Shown: positions 31,424 through 41,627, numbered from the stretch's first letter. The stretch: DNA of 64,000 nt from an uncultured Chloroflexia bacterium (GCA_963748625.1 CAVVJT010000005.1:71753-135752); one strand, 5' to 3'. Translations and numbers: made by a program. The notes: generated by a model not told the origin, from the sequence alone.

Positions 31424-32419
31424 ATGGCCAAACGGGGACCCACCATTGCCCGAACCGCACTGGCGCTCATCGAGGAGCGGGGGCCGCTCACGCTCGACGA
31501 GCTCGCCGTGGAGATGGTCGCCCTCGGGCGGACGCAGGCCAAGGACCCGGTTGCGGCGGTGCGCGGCGCAATCTCGTACGACCGTGCCTTCATCGAGGGT
31601 CGGGACGGGCGCCTGTTCTCGGTGGCCACCCAGCTCGAGGGCACCGTGTTCACGGTTGCGCCCACGGCCCTCGAGCGAGACTCGGGGATCGTCCTGGTCC
31701 GCGATGACCTGGCGCTCGTGCGCCTGGTGCTTCAGAACGGCCCCCGGCGCCGCGGTCACGAGAGCGTCCACGTCGAGTACTTCGGCGACTTCTTCAAGCT
31801 GCCGCGGTTGGACTCCAGGATCATCGGCTGGGACGAGTTCGACCGGCCCGTCTACGACGACAGCCCGATGGACGTGCGCGAGGCCATCAGCGACGAGACC
31901 GCGAACCTGCTGCTCGGCTTCATCGATGAGCTGGGCTACGAGCGGGAGGACGACGAGACCGCCCTGCGCGAGCTCAGGGAGGACATGGACTTCGCCGAGA
32001 TCATCCATGGGCCGGATGGCTGGCTGCCGGCGCTCCGGCCGCGCGAGGTGCTGGCCCTGGAGATCCGTGGCGGTACCGTCCGGGCGGTCGCCATCGACAA
32101 GCGCGCGATGAAGGGCATGCACCTCGAGGCCGCCGTGGCCCGCGTCAGGGAGATCGCGCACGGGATCCTGGACGTGGAGGGCGGGCTTGGCGCGCCGGCC
32201 GTGTCGATCGAGACCCTCCTGCAGTTCATCGCCACTGAGGCGCCGGACCTGTTCCGTCGTCCCCTGCCCCCGCTGAGCCACCTGCTGGAGCGTGCCGGGT
32301 TCGAGGTGGAGGACGGGTTCGTCGGACTGCCGGGCGCCGCGTGGGACGACATCCGCTGGGCGCTGGACCCGGATCCGGAGGCGGCCTGGGGCTTCGAACC
32401 GGGCGACGCGCTGCACTGA
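31424..32419 (+). CDS. Hypothetical protein, resembling the N-terminal region of actinobacterial SEC-C proteins
   Basis: GGAGG RBS; GPDGWL and DLFRRPLPPL motifs; family call from memory only. Confidence 0.6.
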   Translation: MAKRGPTIARTALALIEERGPLTLDELAVEMVALGRTQAKDPVAAVRGAISYDRAFIEGRDGRLFSVATQLEGTVFTVAPTALERDSGIVLVRDDLALVRLVLQNGPRRRGHESVHVEYFGDFFKLPRLDSRIIGWDEFDRPVYDDSPMDVREAISDETANLLLGFIDELGYEREDDETALRELREDMDFAEIIHGPDGWLPALRPREVLALEIRGGTVRAVAIDKRAMKGMHLEAAVARVREIAHGILDVEGGLGAPAVSIETLLQFIATEAPDLFRRPLPPLSHLLERAGFEVEDGFVGLPGAAWDDIRWALDPDPEAAWGFEPGDALH

Positions 32420-32524
32420 CCAGGGTTGGGTCGGGCGCGCCGCCTCGCGTCGGCCGCGGGCTGGGCCGCGTCGGCCGGGCGGGCCGGCCGCCGCGTCGGC
32501 CGGCCTGGGCAGGCTGGGGCCTGC

Positions 32525-32654
32525 CCAGCCGCGTCGGCGGCGTCGGCCGGGGCCGGGCCAGCCGCGTCGGCCGGGGCCGGGCCAGCCGCGTCGGCCGGGG
32601 CCGGGCCAGCCGCGTCGGCCGGGGCCGGGCCAGCCGCGTCGGCCGGGGCCGGGC
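32525..32654 (+). repeat. 24-bp tandem repeat GCCAGCCGCGTCGGCCGGGGCCGG x4 plus partials
   Basis: Units at 32557, 32581, 32605, 32629. Confidence 0.9.
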
Positions 32655-32955
32655 AGGGGCTGGGCAGGCCGGGCTGGGCCAGGTGCGGGTGCGGGTGCGG
32701 GTGCCGCCGACGGTGACAGGCACCGAGGTGTTGCGTCAGGGTCACCGAAACCGCGCATAGCGGCTCTCCGGCGGGCGCCATGCGGGCCGGTGTTGCCTCA
32801 CCGTCACCGGAAGCGCCCAAACGGGCTCGCCGGACCACCTGGCGGCGCCCAGGTGCGGGGATTCGTTGACTTGCAGGCGGCGGGTCGGCCAGGCGGGCAG
32901 CCTGCGGCGCGTCCCGCCCGGGCGGGCAGTGCGCCCTCGCACGATGATGTACCGC

Positions 32956-32984
32956 TTGACATAGTGTGTATCGCACACTATTAT
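32956..32984 (+). promoter_or_regulatory. Sigma70-type promoter TTGACA-17-TATTAT with overlapping operator ATAGTGTG/CACACTAT
   Basis: -10 ends 7 nt before padR ATG, so leaderless. Confidence 0.85.
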
Positions 32985-32991
32985 TCGAGAC

Positions 32992-33333
32992 ATGAGCTTC
33001 GACGACACACTCTCCGGCGCCAGGCAGGAGCTACGACGCGGCACCCTCGTGCCGGCCTGCCTCCTGCTCCTCCGCCGGCCCGGCTACGGCTACGCCCTCA
33101 TCGAGGAGCTGGGCCGGCTGGGCTTCGAGGTGGACGCGAACACGCTGTACCCCCTGCTGCGCCGCCTCGAGGGCCAGGGGATGCTCGCGAGCGAGTGGAA
33201 CACCGAGGAGAGCCGTCCCCGCAAGTTCTATCGGACCAGCGCAGATGGCGAGCGACTTGCCGCCGAGCTGCTGGCGGACTGGACACGGATCGATGCGTCG
33301 ATCCGCCTCCTCGACCAGGGAGACCCCCGATGA
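32992..33333 (+). CDS. PadR family regulator
   Basis: ELRRGTL, YGYAL, TLYPLLRRLE, RPRKFY. Confidence 0.92.
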   Translation: MSFDDTLSGARQELRRGTLVPACLLLLRRPGYGYALIEELGRLGFEVDANTLYPLLRRLEGQGMLASEWNTEESRPRKFYRTSADGERLAAELLADWTRIDASIRLLDQGDPR

Positions 33334-34322
33334 GCACCCTATCCGACCGCTACGTCTGGGGCGTCCTGCGCGCCGTCCCCGAGCGCCAGCGGCCTGACCT
33401 GGAACCAGAGATCCGCGCGCTTGTCGCCGACGCCGTCGAGGCCGCGAATGCTCGTGCCGCCGCCAGCGCCGACGCAGCGGCCGGCGCTGACGCTGCAGCC
33501 GCGGAGCGCGCCGCCCTGACCGAGCTGGGCGACCCCGAGCTTCTCGCCGCCCGCTACACCGATCGCAGCCTGTACCTCATCGGCCCCGCGTACTACCTCG
33601 ACTACAAGCGCCTGCTGACCCTGCTGCTGTCGATCGTCGTGCCGATCGTCACGCTCGCCACGATGGCGGCCGGCTTCATCGCCGAGGAGGCCCCATTGCC
33701 CGCCGTCATCAACGGCCTCGGTGCCGGCTTCATGGTCGGCCTGCAGCTCGCGTTCTGGGTGACGGTCGGGTTCGCGGCGGTGGAGCGGTACGGGGCGCAG
33801 AAGGCCGGGCCGTTCAAGGAGTGGTCGCTCCACGACCTGCCCGACACCCCCTCGCCTGCCCGGCTGAGCGCGGGCGACGCGATCACGTCGATCGTCGGTG
33901 GCGTCGTCCTGCTGGGCGTCATCGCCTGGGGGCCGCCGTTCATCACCACCACGGACGGGGTCACCACCAGCGTCCCCTTCTTCGACCCGGCGCTCGCGAG
34001 CACCTGGGCGCCGTGGTTCGTGGGTGTCGCGATCGCACAGATCGCGTTCGCGGTCATCGTCTACGCGGCTCGCCGCTGGACCTGGCCGATCGCGATCGTC
34101 AACGCGGCCCTCGACGCGGCCTTCGTGATCCCCGCCGTCTGGCTGCTCCAGACCGGCCAGATGCTCAGCCCGCAGGTGCAGGCGGAGATGGACCGGATCG
34201 GAGCAGGCGCGGCGATCGCGCCGACGGTTGCCGTGATCTCAGTGGTGCTGGTGGCGGTGTTCGGGTGGGACGCGATCGACGGGTTCCTCAAGGCCCGCCG
34301 GGCGAGCCGCGCCAGCAGGTAG
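33330..34322 (+). CDS. PadR-associated membrane protein (permease-prefix/HAAS domain)
   Basis: DRYVWGVLRAVP...ELGDPELLAARY plus multiple TMs; ATGA overlap. Confidence 0.8.
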   Translation: MSTLSDRYVWGVLRAVPERQRPDLEPEIRALVADAVEAANARAAASADAAAGADAAAAERAALTELGDPELLAARYTDRSLYLIGPAYYLDYKRLLTLLLSIVVPIVTLATMAAGFIAEEAPLPAVINGLGAGFMVGLQLAFWVTVGFAAVERYGAQKAGPFKEWSLHDLPDTPSPARLSAGDAITSIVGGVVLLGVIAWGPPFITTTDGVTTSVPFFDPALASTWAPWFVGVAIAQIAFAVIVYAARRWTWPIAIVNAALDAAFVIPAVWLLQTGQMLSPQVQAEMDRIGAGAAIAPTVAVISVVLVAVFGWDAIDGFLKARRASRASR

Positions 34323-34408
34323 TCACGGCGTCGCGCTGGGAGGTGTGTCCCGCCAGGGACCGGGCGTGGCATGCGCACGGCGCACACCATCGAGCCTAGA
34401 CTTCACCG

Positions 34409-35167
34409 ATGCTGCGCCCTGCCTCCGCCCTCCTGCACACGGCGCTCACCGCGCTGCTCGCGGTGGGCCTCGTGGCAGCCCCAACTGATGTCCGCGCCGC
34501 GGAGCCCCTGCCCCTCGCCGGCGCCGTCATCGTCCTGGATCCCGGGCACAACGGCGGCAACGGGGACCACCCCGCCGAGATTGCGCGCAAGGTCTGGATC
34601 GGCACACGCTGGAAGCCGTGCAACCAGGTGGGCACCGAAACGGTCGATGGCTACCCGGAGCACCGGCTGAACTGGGCGGTTGCGAAGCGGGTGCGCGACC
34701 GCTTGCAGGCCCTGGGCGCGACCGTCCACCTGACCCGCACCGGCGACGCCGGCTGGGGACCATGCGTCGACGTGCGCGGACGGCTGGGCGCCGACGTCCA
34801 CGCCGACCTCACCGTCAGCCTCCACGCGGACGCGTCGCTGCCGGGCAACCGGGGGTTCTTCGTCATGCGGCCAGGTCTCATTGCCGGCTGGACCGACGAC
34901 ATCCGCGGCCGCTCCGCGCGCCTCGCGAGGGCCCTGCGCGATGGCCTGGCCGCCAAGGACCTGCCGATCGCGAACTACTACGCGACCAACGGGCTCATCG
35001 AGCGGACGGACCTCGGCACGCTCAACTGGAGCGACGTGCCCATCGCCATGGTCGAGATGGGCAACATGCGCAACACGCGGGACGCGGTGCGATTCAAGAG
35101 CTCCTCCGGCAAGGACCGCTACGCCGCGGGGATCGTGCGCGGGATCCGGCTCTACCTCGGGCGGTAG
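34409..35167 (+). CDS. N-acetylmuramoyl-L-alanine amidase (Amidase_3), secreted
   Basis: Signal peptide, LDPGHNG, SLHAD, VEMGNM. Confidence 0.9.
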   Translation: MLRPASALLHTALTALLAVGLVAAPTDVRAAEPLPLAGAVIVLDPGHNGGNGDHPAEIARKVWIGTRWKPCNQVGTETVDGYPEHRLNWAVAKRVRDRLQALGATVHLTRTGDAGWGPCVDVRGRLGADVHADLTVSLHADASLPGNRGFFVMRPGLIAGWTDDIRGRSARLARALRDGLAAKDLPIANYYATNGLIERTDLGTLNWSDVPIAMVEMGNMRNTRDAVRFKSSSGKDRYAAGIVRGIRLYLGR

Positions 35168-35219
35168 CGAGGAGGCTGCCGCACGGCGTCGGGCTCGTGC
35201 GCTGCCCACACCTGGCCAC

Positions 35220-35457
35220 TGGCCCTCGCCCATGCCGGTGCGCGCCGGGCGCGCCTACGGGAGCGTGGCCCGTCACGCGTGCGCGTCTGGCGTGCGGATC
35301 CACGCTCCCCGGGCCCGGGAGGCGCGGACCTGGGCGCTGGACGCGCAGGAATCGCAGGGCACCCGCCCGTACGCACGCTGGCCGCGCATCCCCGGGCCGG
35401 AGCCGCGCATCCCGGGCGGAGCCGCGCGGGCCGGAGCTGCGCATCCGGGCAGGAGCC
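35220..35457 (-). repeat. Composite dispersed repeat, family B copy 2 (core inverted relative to flanks)
   Basis: Flanks are the reverse complement of 25652-25911; core 35275-35352 is in the same strand orientation as 25761-25838. Confidence 0.85.
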
Positions 35458-35593
35458 TCGGTCGCGCCAGCACAGACGTTGGGATGCCGACTACGGGCCG
35501 AGTGGGAATTGACAGCGGCGGCAGGGTCCGCTTCCGTTGGCTGCGACACCGGGGGGTCCGTCCGGTCGTGCCAGTCACGGAGCGAGGAGGCGG

Positions 35594-36300
35594 ATGGAGG
35601 TTCGGTTCTGTCTGCGGTGTGGAGCGTCCCGGCTGCCAGGCGCCATGTTCTGCGGGGCGTGCGGCTTCGGCTTCGGCTCGGTCGAGTCCGGCAGCTCGAG
35701 CACGGACCCGTCGGTGGGCAGGACCCGTCGTGACGCACGAGCCCGTCGGTGACCACGAGCCCGTCCGGGACCGTCCCTGCCTGCCTCCGCCCCACCGGCC
35801 CCGCCGGCACCGCCCCGGCCCCGGCCCCGCCTGCACGCCAGGCCGCGACCTCGGGCCTCTCGGCGACCGCGGCCCTCGGGCGGGTGCGAACTCGGCGACG
35901 GGCCGTGAACGCCTTCGTCCGTGCCGGTGCCCTCCTCGCTGCCGCCGGCATCCTTCTCCCACTGCTGGGCGCCCCTCGGCCGGCGACGGGACTCGTGCCC
36001 CTCGGCTCGGTGGCGATGACGGGCCAGCCGCTCGACTACGTGCCGCTGCTCGTGGTCGCGGCGCTCGTTGTGATCGCCCTCGCGAGCGTGGCCGCCTGGA
36101 CGCGGGACCTGGCCGACGCCGGGCCTGCCCTCACCATGACCGCCGCCGCGGGGATCGGCGTGATCGTCCTCGCCATCCTCACCGCGGGGCGCCTCGGGTA
36201 CGACGCCGGCGGCGGGGTGCTGCCCGCGGTGAGCCTCGTCGTCGCGGGTGGGGCCTCCATCCTCGCCGCAGCGCTGGTCGGGGCCTGGATCCGTGAGTGA
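35594..36300 (+). CDS. Zinc-ribbon membrane protein; probable frameshift at about 35740
   Basis: FCLRCG..FCGACG, then 4 TMs in the next frame. Confidence 0.6.
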
Positions 36301-37387
36301 CCGCGGCAGCGTCCGGGCAGCCGTGGCCCTTGGCCTCGTCCTCGTCGTGGCGGCCGGGGCCGGGAGCTACGCCTGGCTCGCCGCGTCGGCACCGTCGCGC
36401 GCCTCGTCGGCAGCCGTGCCACCGTCGGCCCCGCCGAGCCTGCCGCCCGATGCCTCCGCGGCCCCGACGACCATGCCCTCCGGCTTTCCCACTCCCGCCC
36501 TGGGCTATACCCAGCAGACACTCGATGCCCTGGCTGCCCTCGTGCCCGCGGCACTGGCCTCGGCCTGCGACCCGGCCACCCCGGCGCAGGCGGGCCAGCT
36601 CCCGACACCCGGTGCGACCGCAGTGATCCGCTGTCGGCAGGCGGGCAACACCGTCGTGTACGAGGCGCTCCCGGACCTCGCCGCGACGCAGACCGCATTC
36701 GCGACGGTGGTCTCCCGGAGCGGCGTCAGGCCGGGTGCGGACGGCTGTTGGGATGGGTCACAGGGCGCCGTCACCTACTCCGACGGGCAGGTTGCGTGCT
36801 GGATGGACCAGGCCAGCGGCACCAGGACGATCACCTGGACGTACGAGCCCGCCAACGTGATCGCGTCGGTCTCGGGCACCAGCAGGCTCCGTGCCCTCGT
36901 GAGCTGGTGGTGGTTCCGCGCCCTGGTGCAGCCCCCCGCCAACGCCGCCGGTCTCACGCCCGATGAGCAGGCGCTCGTGGACCTGCTGCCGGCTGATCTG
37001 CAGGCCACCTGCCGCCACTACGACCCCGCGCAGGACGCCAGTGGCTATGACCCGGTGGGCAGCCTCGGCTCCATCGACTGCTTCCCGGAGACCGAGGACA
37101 TCGCGGACGTCGGCCTGTTCACGTTCACGACGCCCGATGCACTGGCCACCTGGTACGACCACCGGGTCGCCCTGGCGAAGGTGAAGCCCAAGAGCGATGG
37201 CTGCCTGGACGGCACCCCGGGCGAGACGGCCTGGGAGCACGGGCGGGTCCTCTGCTTCGTGACCTCCGGCCGCAAGGCGGCGATCCGCTGGACCGACGAC
37301 CGCCACCAGCTCTACGGCGCGCTCAACGCGACCGGCAAGGACCTGCCGGCGCTGGTCGAGTGGTGGACGTCCCAGCAGCTGCCCTGA
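36293..37387 (+). CDS. Exported protein with two tandem Cys-containing domains
   Basis: N-terminal anchor; repeated L.P..L...C ... GC.DG..G ... C ... I.WT units. Confidence 0.75.
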   Translation: MSDRGSVRAAVALGLVLVVAAGAGSYAWLAASAPSRASSAAVPPSAPPSLPPDASAAPTTMPSGFPTPALGYTQQTLDALAALVPAALASACDPATPAQAGQLPTPGATAVIRCRQAGNTVVYEALPDLAATQTAFATVVSRSGVRPGADGCWDGSQGAVTYSDGQVACWMDQASGTRTITWTYEPANVIASVSGTSRLRALVSWWWFRALVQPPANAAGLTPDEQALVDLLPADLQATCRHYDPAQDASGYDPVGSLGSIDCFPETEDIADVGLFTFTTPDALATWYDHRVALAKVKPKSDGCLDGTPGETAWEHGRVLCFVTSGRKAAIRWTDDRHQLYGALNATGKDLPALVEWWTSQQLP

Positions 37388-37519
37388 GCCGCAGGCCGGC
37401 TGGAGCGGGCGCCGGGACCCCGGCGATGCGGCCGGGCGCAGACCGCGCGCGCTCGGGCACAGCCGCTTGCAGGGCCGTTGGACTCTGGCCGGGGCGGCCG
37501 GGATCGCGGTAGGGTCCAT

Positions 37520-37599
37520 CCGCGAGAGTGCGTTGACGCACGGTTCATTGCCCTTGGCCGCCGGAACCGTGTCGAGCCACTGGCGAACCCGTCTCGCGG
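37520..37599 (+). ncRNA. c-di-GMP-II-like riboswitch aptamer
   Basis: P1 CCGCGAGA/TCTCGCGG; TTGAC..GAGC kink-turn; GCACGGTTC/GAACCGTGT stem; loop CGCC pairs with GGCG; in the 5' leader of a surface protein. Confidence 0.65.
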
Positions 37600-37681
37600 G
37601 GTCCCGCGCCATCAACGCGGTGGGAGACGCCGGTGCGCGAGGTTTCGCCCTCGCCCACGAGCCGAGATCCGGGGTCTGTGA

Positions 37682-37740
37682 CCACGCGCCGCACGGTGTC
37701 CACGCGCCGCACGGTGTCCACGCGCCGCACGGTGTCCACG
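37682..37740 (+). repeat. 18-bp tandem repeat CCACGCGCCGCACGGTGT x3
   Basis: Units at 37682, 37700, 37718, in the leader. Confidence 0.9.
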
Positions 37741-37835
37741 GCCAGGTCATCCCCTTCCGCTCCCCCGGCGACCCCGACCCCGCATGTCCCAAGCCCATCG
37801 CCGCCGCGTCCCAGCACCGATCCTGGAGGCCCACC

Positions 37836-40800
37836 GTGAGACGCGCATCTGCCGCACTGGTGTCGTTCGCCCTCGCCGCGACGTTCGCGGGCGTCGCTGC
37901 CCCAGGAGCCAGCGCACAGGACCCGTCACCGTGGATCGAGGTCCACCCGGACCAGCAGTGGGTGGGGGGCCACGGGTTCACGCCAGGGGCGGAGGTGTCC
38001 GTCTCCCTGAACGACACGCTGCTCGACGGCGACCCGACCACCGTCGGGGATGACGGGACCTTCGGGTATGGCAGCCCCGACGCGTTCGGGGCCGGTGACA
38101 CCATCCTCGTCACCGACGGAACCCTCGCGAAGACCCTCGTCGTGGCGCCGCTCAGCGTCGACGAGGTCGCTGGCACCACCATCAGTGGGACAGCGTCCCC
38201 AGGCGCGACCTCGGTGCAGCTCTGGGTGAACGACACCGACCCGTTCGTGCAGCGAACCGAGATCGTGAGCGCTGGGGCCTGGTCGATCAACGTTGCGGTC
38301 GAGGGCGACGAGCTGCCGGCCGAGGCAGCAACGCTCGACGCCCTCGAGCCGGGCATGGACGGTGCCGTCCGGGAGGCGGACGAGGACGGCGACGTCACCC
38401 ACGTCGACTGGCGCGTCTCCGACCCTCGGATCAGCGTGTATCCGGTCGACTGCTGGGTCAACGCCGAGGACATCGCCACCGGCGCGGCGATCACGATCAC
38501 GCGCGGAGGGGAGCTGCTGGTCGACGGCGAATTCGGCGAGAGCGAGGAGGGTGACACCCGGTTCGAGTGCCCGGACGGCGTTGAGATCCAGGCCGGCGAC
38601 GTGGTCACGGTGACCGATGGACAGGTGGAGAAGGTCCACGCGGTGACGGCACTCACGATCGACCAGATCGACGGGAACACGGTCAGCGGCGCCGCAAGCG
38701 CCGGACAGGTGCACTTCTGGATGAACGACACCGACCCTGGCCTGACGCGGACCGTGGAGGCCACGGACGGGACCTGGTCGGTCGACGTCGCGAACCCCGG
38801 CCCCAATCCTGGCGAGGAGGTCACCGCGGATCTGGGCCCCGGATCGAGCGGCGCCGCCGTCCAGCAGGACGAAGACCACGACGCGACCCACGTTGACTGG
38901 CGTATCTGGAACCCGTTCATCACGGCCGCCGTGGGCGACACGGGGATCAACGGCAACGACTTCGTGCCCGGCGCGACCGTCGAGGTCAAGTTGAACAACG
39001 ACGTCATCGGCACGGCGACAGTCGAGGACTGGTCGGACTTCAGCCTCGAGAGCCCGCGGCCATTGGAGGTGGGCGACACCATCGTGGTCACGCCAAGCAA
39101 GGGCGTGGCGAAGACGCTCGTGGTGACGGGCATCACGATCTCCGAGCCCATCGAGGGCAACGTGATCAGCGGCACCGGGGCGGCGGGAAGCTACATCAAC
39201 CTCGGCGTCGACTGCGACGGCAACGCGTTCAACCGCAACGTGGCGATCGATGACAACGGCAGCTGGTCCGAGGACCTCGGGAACCCGGGGGACGAGGACT
39301 GGGAGAACCAGACGGCCGAGCTCGTGCGCGGCTGTGGCGGCAACGCCCTGGACACCGACGAGGACGGCGACGCCACCGTGGCCGACTGGCACATCGCGAA
39401 CCCGCAGTTGATCGCCGACCTCACCAGCAACGTCGTGTACGGAAGCGACTTCGGCGGCGACGTCTCGGTCACCATCGAGGCCCCGGACGGGGCCGCCCAC
39501 ACCTGGACCGAGGGCATCGAGTACTGGGACGACGGCTTCGGGCTGTGGCTGTACACGGGTCCGTACGCCGACGAGCCCTGGACGCTCGGGGCCGGGCAGA
39601 CCATCACCGCCAGCGGCCCGAACGGCATGGCGTCGCTCGTCGTGGCCGACCTGGTCGTCGAGGGCTGGGACTACGACGCGAACACGGTCTGGGGCACCAC
39701 CGACCAGTCAGGTCCCGTGACTGCCGAGGCCATGCACGCCGACAAGGAGTACGACTCATTCCAGATCGACGAACCCGGAACGGAGTGGGAGATCGGGCTG
39801 GTCGACATCCGGATCATGGACACCGGCGGCGTCTGGCAGTTCGACGCCGAGGGCGACCTGACCTCGCTCCACCTCACGTACGGGCCGACGCGGTTCCTCT
39901 TCAGCCCGCTGTACCAGCAGATCGTCGGCAGCGACTGGGTTGATGGCACGCCGGTCTCGCTGACCATTGACCCGGTAGCCGACGGCACGCCGGACTACAC
40001 CCCGCCCGCCAAGGTGGCCGGACCGCTGGACTGCAACGTCCGGGGGGCCTGCCCGGCATGGCAGGTGCCGCTGACCGGCCACGTCAACGTGTTCTTCGAC
40101 CTGACCGACACCGGGTTCCAGGCGCGGGTCGGCGACGTCATCACGATGCGCCAGGCCGTCGATGGGACCACGACGATCAAGTCCCTGGTGGTGCCCGACC
40201 TCAGCGTGGACCTCCCGGAACCGGACAGCGGCGAGGTCACCGGGAAGACCACCTCCCCGATGCCGGGCTTCCTCACCGTCGGCACACGCGTCGAGGACAT
40301 GTGTGACGCGGCGCACGACGTCCTGCCGGAGGATCTCGGCCCCGGCGGGTCGTGGGCCGTCTCGTTCAGCGACGAGTGCCAGGTCCAGCCCGGCAGCGTC
40401 ACGGCCACCGAGACCGACGTCGACGGCGACCAGACCTGGATCACGGACCCCGTGATCGACCTGCGCGTCGAGCCGGTGATGGACCGGATCTGGGCCGCGT
40501 GGTGGGCCCCGGCGAACGTGACCCTCACGATCGAGCGGGGCAGCACGCAGGTGTTCACGACGGACGTCCTGACGCGGAACGTCCTGACGCGCGGATCCTG
40601 GAACCTGGACATGTGGACCCAGCCGGTGGGCACCCTGGACGCACCGATGATGGCGCTGTTCGACCTGTCGAGCGGCGGTCCCACCCCGTTCGACATCCGG
40701 GCCGGCGACGTCCTCACCGTCAGTGACGGGACGGTGACGCGCACCGTCACGGTCGCCAACCTCGCCGTGACCAGTGTCAGTGCCGCCACGGACACGGTCA

Positions 40801-41627
40801 CGGGCACCGCCGCGCCCGGGCAGACGGTCGGGTTCCACCTGTGGGACGGGGAGGAAGGCTACTGGGGCTACGAGACCACCGCGGGCACCGATGGCGCCTG
40901 GGCCTTCGTCTTCGACCCCGACGAGTTCCCGGGCCAGGGTCTCGACCCGGGCATGAACGGGCAGGCGTTCGGGCCGGACAACACCACGGTCATCCGCTGG
41001 ACGGTCCCGTCCGGGATCGCGACCACCACGACAATCACTGGGGACGTGCCTGACCCCACCGTCGTCGGCCAGGCGTACCTCGTGCGCATCAGCGTCCAGC
41101 GTACGGGCGCCGGGAGCGGTCGACCCCAGGGTGCTGTGACCGTGTCGGACGGCCGCGGCGCCACCTGCACCGACACGACGCCGGCCAAGATCGACAGCCG
41201 GACCTCCGGGTTCAGCTGTTCGGTGCGTTCGATGTCGGCGGGTCCGGTCACGCTGACCGCGACCTTCGCGCCGTCCCCCGGCTGGGCGCCGAGCACCGGC
41301 ACGGCCTCCCACATGGCGGGCCGGGCCGCAACGACCACGAGCATCACCAACGCGGGAACGCTGGCCGCGAAGGTGACGAAGGTGGGCGTGCCCTACACCG
41401 TCGCGGTGAGGGTGGCCGCCAAGGCCCCCGGATCGGGGACGCCCAGCGGGAGCGTCACCGTCTCGGACGGGTCGGCGACCTGCAGCGTGCCCGCGCTGTC
41501 GGCGACGGGGACCGGTTCCTGCCAGCTGGTGTCCATGTCGGCAGGGCTCAAGACGATCACGGCCCGCTACGACGGCAGCGCGGGCTACCTGCCGAGCACG
41601 GGCAGCGCGGCGCATCGGGTGCGCTGA
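37836..41627 (+). CDS. Large secreted repeat protein with C-terminal Ig-like domains (1263 aa)
   Basis: GGAGG plus GTG; signal peptide ASA-Q; about 6 modules ending in a DxDGDxT-like motif; two Big_3-like ends. Confidence 0.8.
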   Translation: MRRASAALVSFALAATFAGVAAPGASAQDPSPWIEVHPDQQWVGGHGFTPGAEVSVSLNDTLLDGDPTTVGDDGTFGYGSPDAFGAGDTILVTDGTLAKTLVVAPLSVDEVAGTTISGTASPGATSVQLWVNDTDPFVQRTEIVSAGAWSINVAVEGDELPAEAATLDALEPGMDGAVREADEDGDVTHVDWRVSDPRISVYPVDCWVNAEDIATGAAITITRGGELLVDGEFGESEEGDTRFECPDGVEIQAGDVVTVTDGQVEKVHAVTALTIDQIDGNTVSGAASAGQVHFWMNDTDPGLTRTVEATDGTWSVDVANPGPNPGEEVTADLGPGSSGAAVQQDEDHDATHVDWRIWNPFITAAVGDTGINGNDFVPGATVEVKLNNDVIGTATVEDWSDFSLESPRPLEVGDTIVVTPSKGVAKTLVVTGITISEPIEGNVISGTGAAGSYINLGVDCDGNAFNRNVAIDDNGSWSEDLGNPGDEDWENQTAELVRGCGGNALDTDEDGDATVADWHIANPQLIADLTSNVVYGSDFGGDVSVTIEAPDGAAHTWTEGIEYWDDGFGLWLYTGPYADEPWTLGAGQTITASGPNGMASLVVADLVVEGWDYDANTVWGTTDQSGPVTAEAMHADKEYDSFQIDEPGTEWEIGLVDIRIMDTGGVWQFDAEGDLTSLHLTYGPTRFLFSPLYQQIVGSDWVDGTPVSLTIDPVADGTPDYTPPAKVAGPLDCNVRGACPAWQVPLTGHVNVFFDLTDTGFQARVGDVITMRQAVDGTTTIKSLVVPDLSVDLPEPDSGEVTGKTTSPMPGFLTVGTRVEDMCDAAHDVLPEDLGPGGSWAVSFSDECQVQPGSVTATETDVDGDQTWITDPVIDLRVEPVMDRIWAAWWAPANVTLTIERGSTQVFTTDVLTRNVLTRGSWNLDMWTQPVGTLDAPMMALFDLSSGGPTPFDIRAGDVLTVSDGTVTRTVTVANLAVTSVSAATDTVTGTAAPGQTVGFHLWDGEEGYWGYETTAGTDGAWAFVFDPDEFPGQGLDPGMNGQAFGPDNTTVIRWTVPSGIATTTTITGDVPDPTVVGQAYLVRISVQRTGAGSGRPQGAVTVSDGRGATCTDTTPAKIDSRTSGFSCSVRSMSAGPVTLTATFAPSPGWAPSTGTASHMAGRAATTTSITNAGTLAAKVTKVGVPYTVAVRVAAKAPGSGTPSGSVTVSDGSATCSVPALSATGTGSCQLVSMSAGLKTITARYDGSAGYLPSTGSAAHRVR

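Noticed and set aside
32525-32654. 24-bp repeats as a CRISPR array (also 22698 and 37682)
   Set aside because: Units are contiguous with no unique spacers
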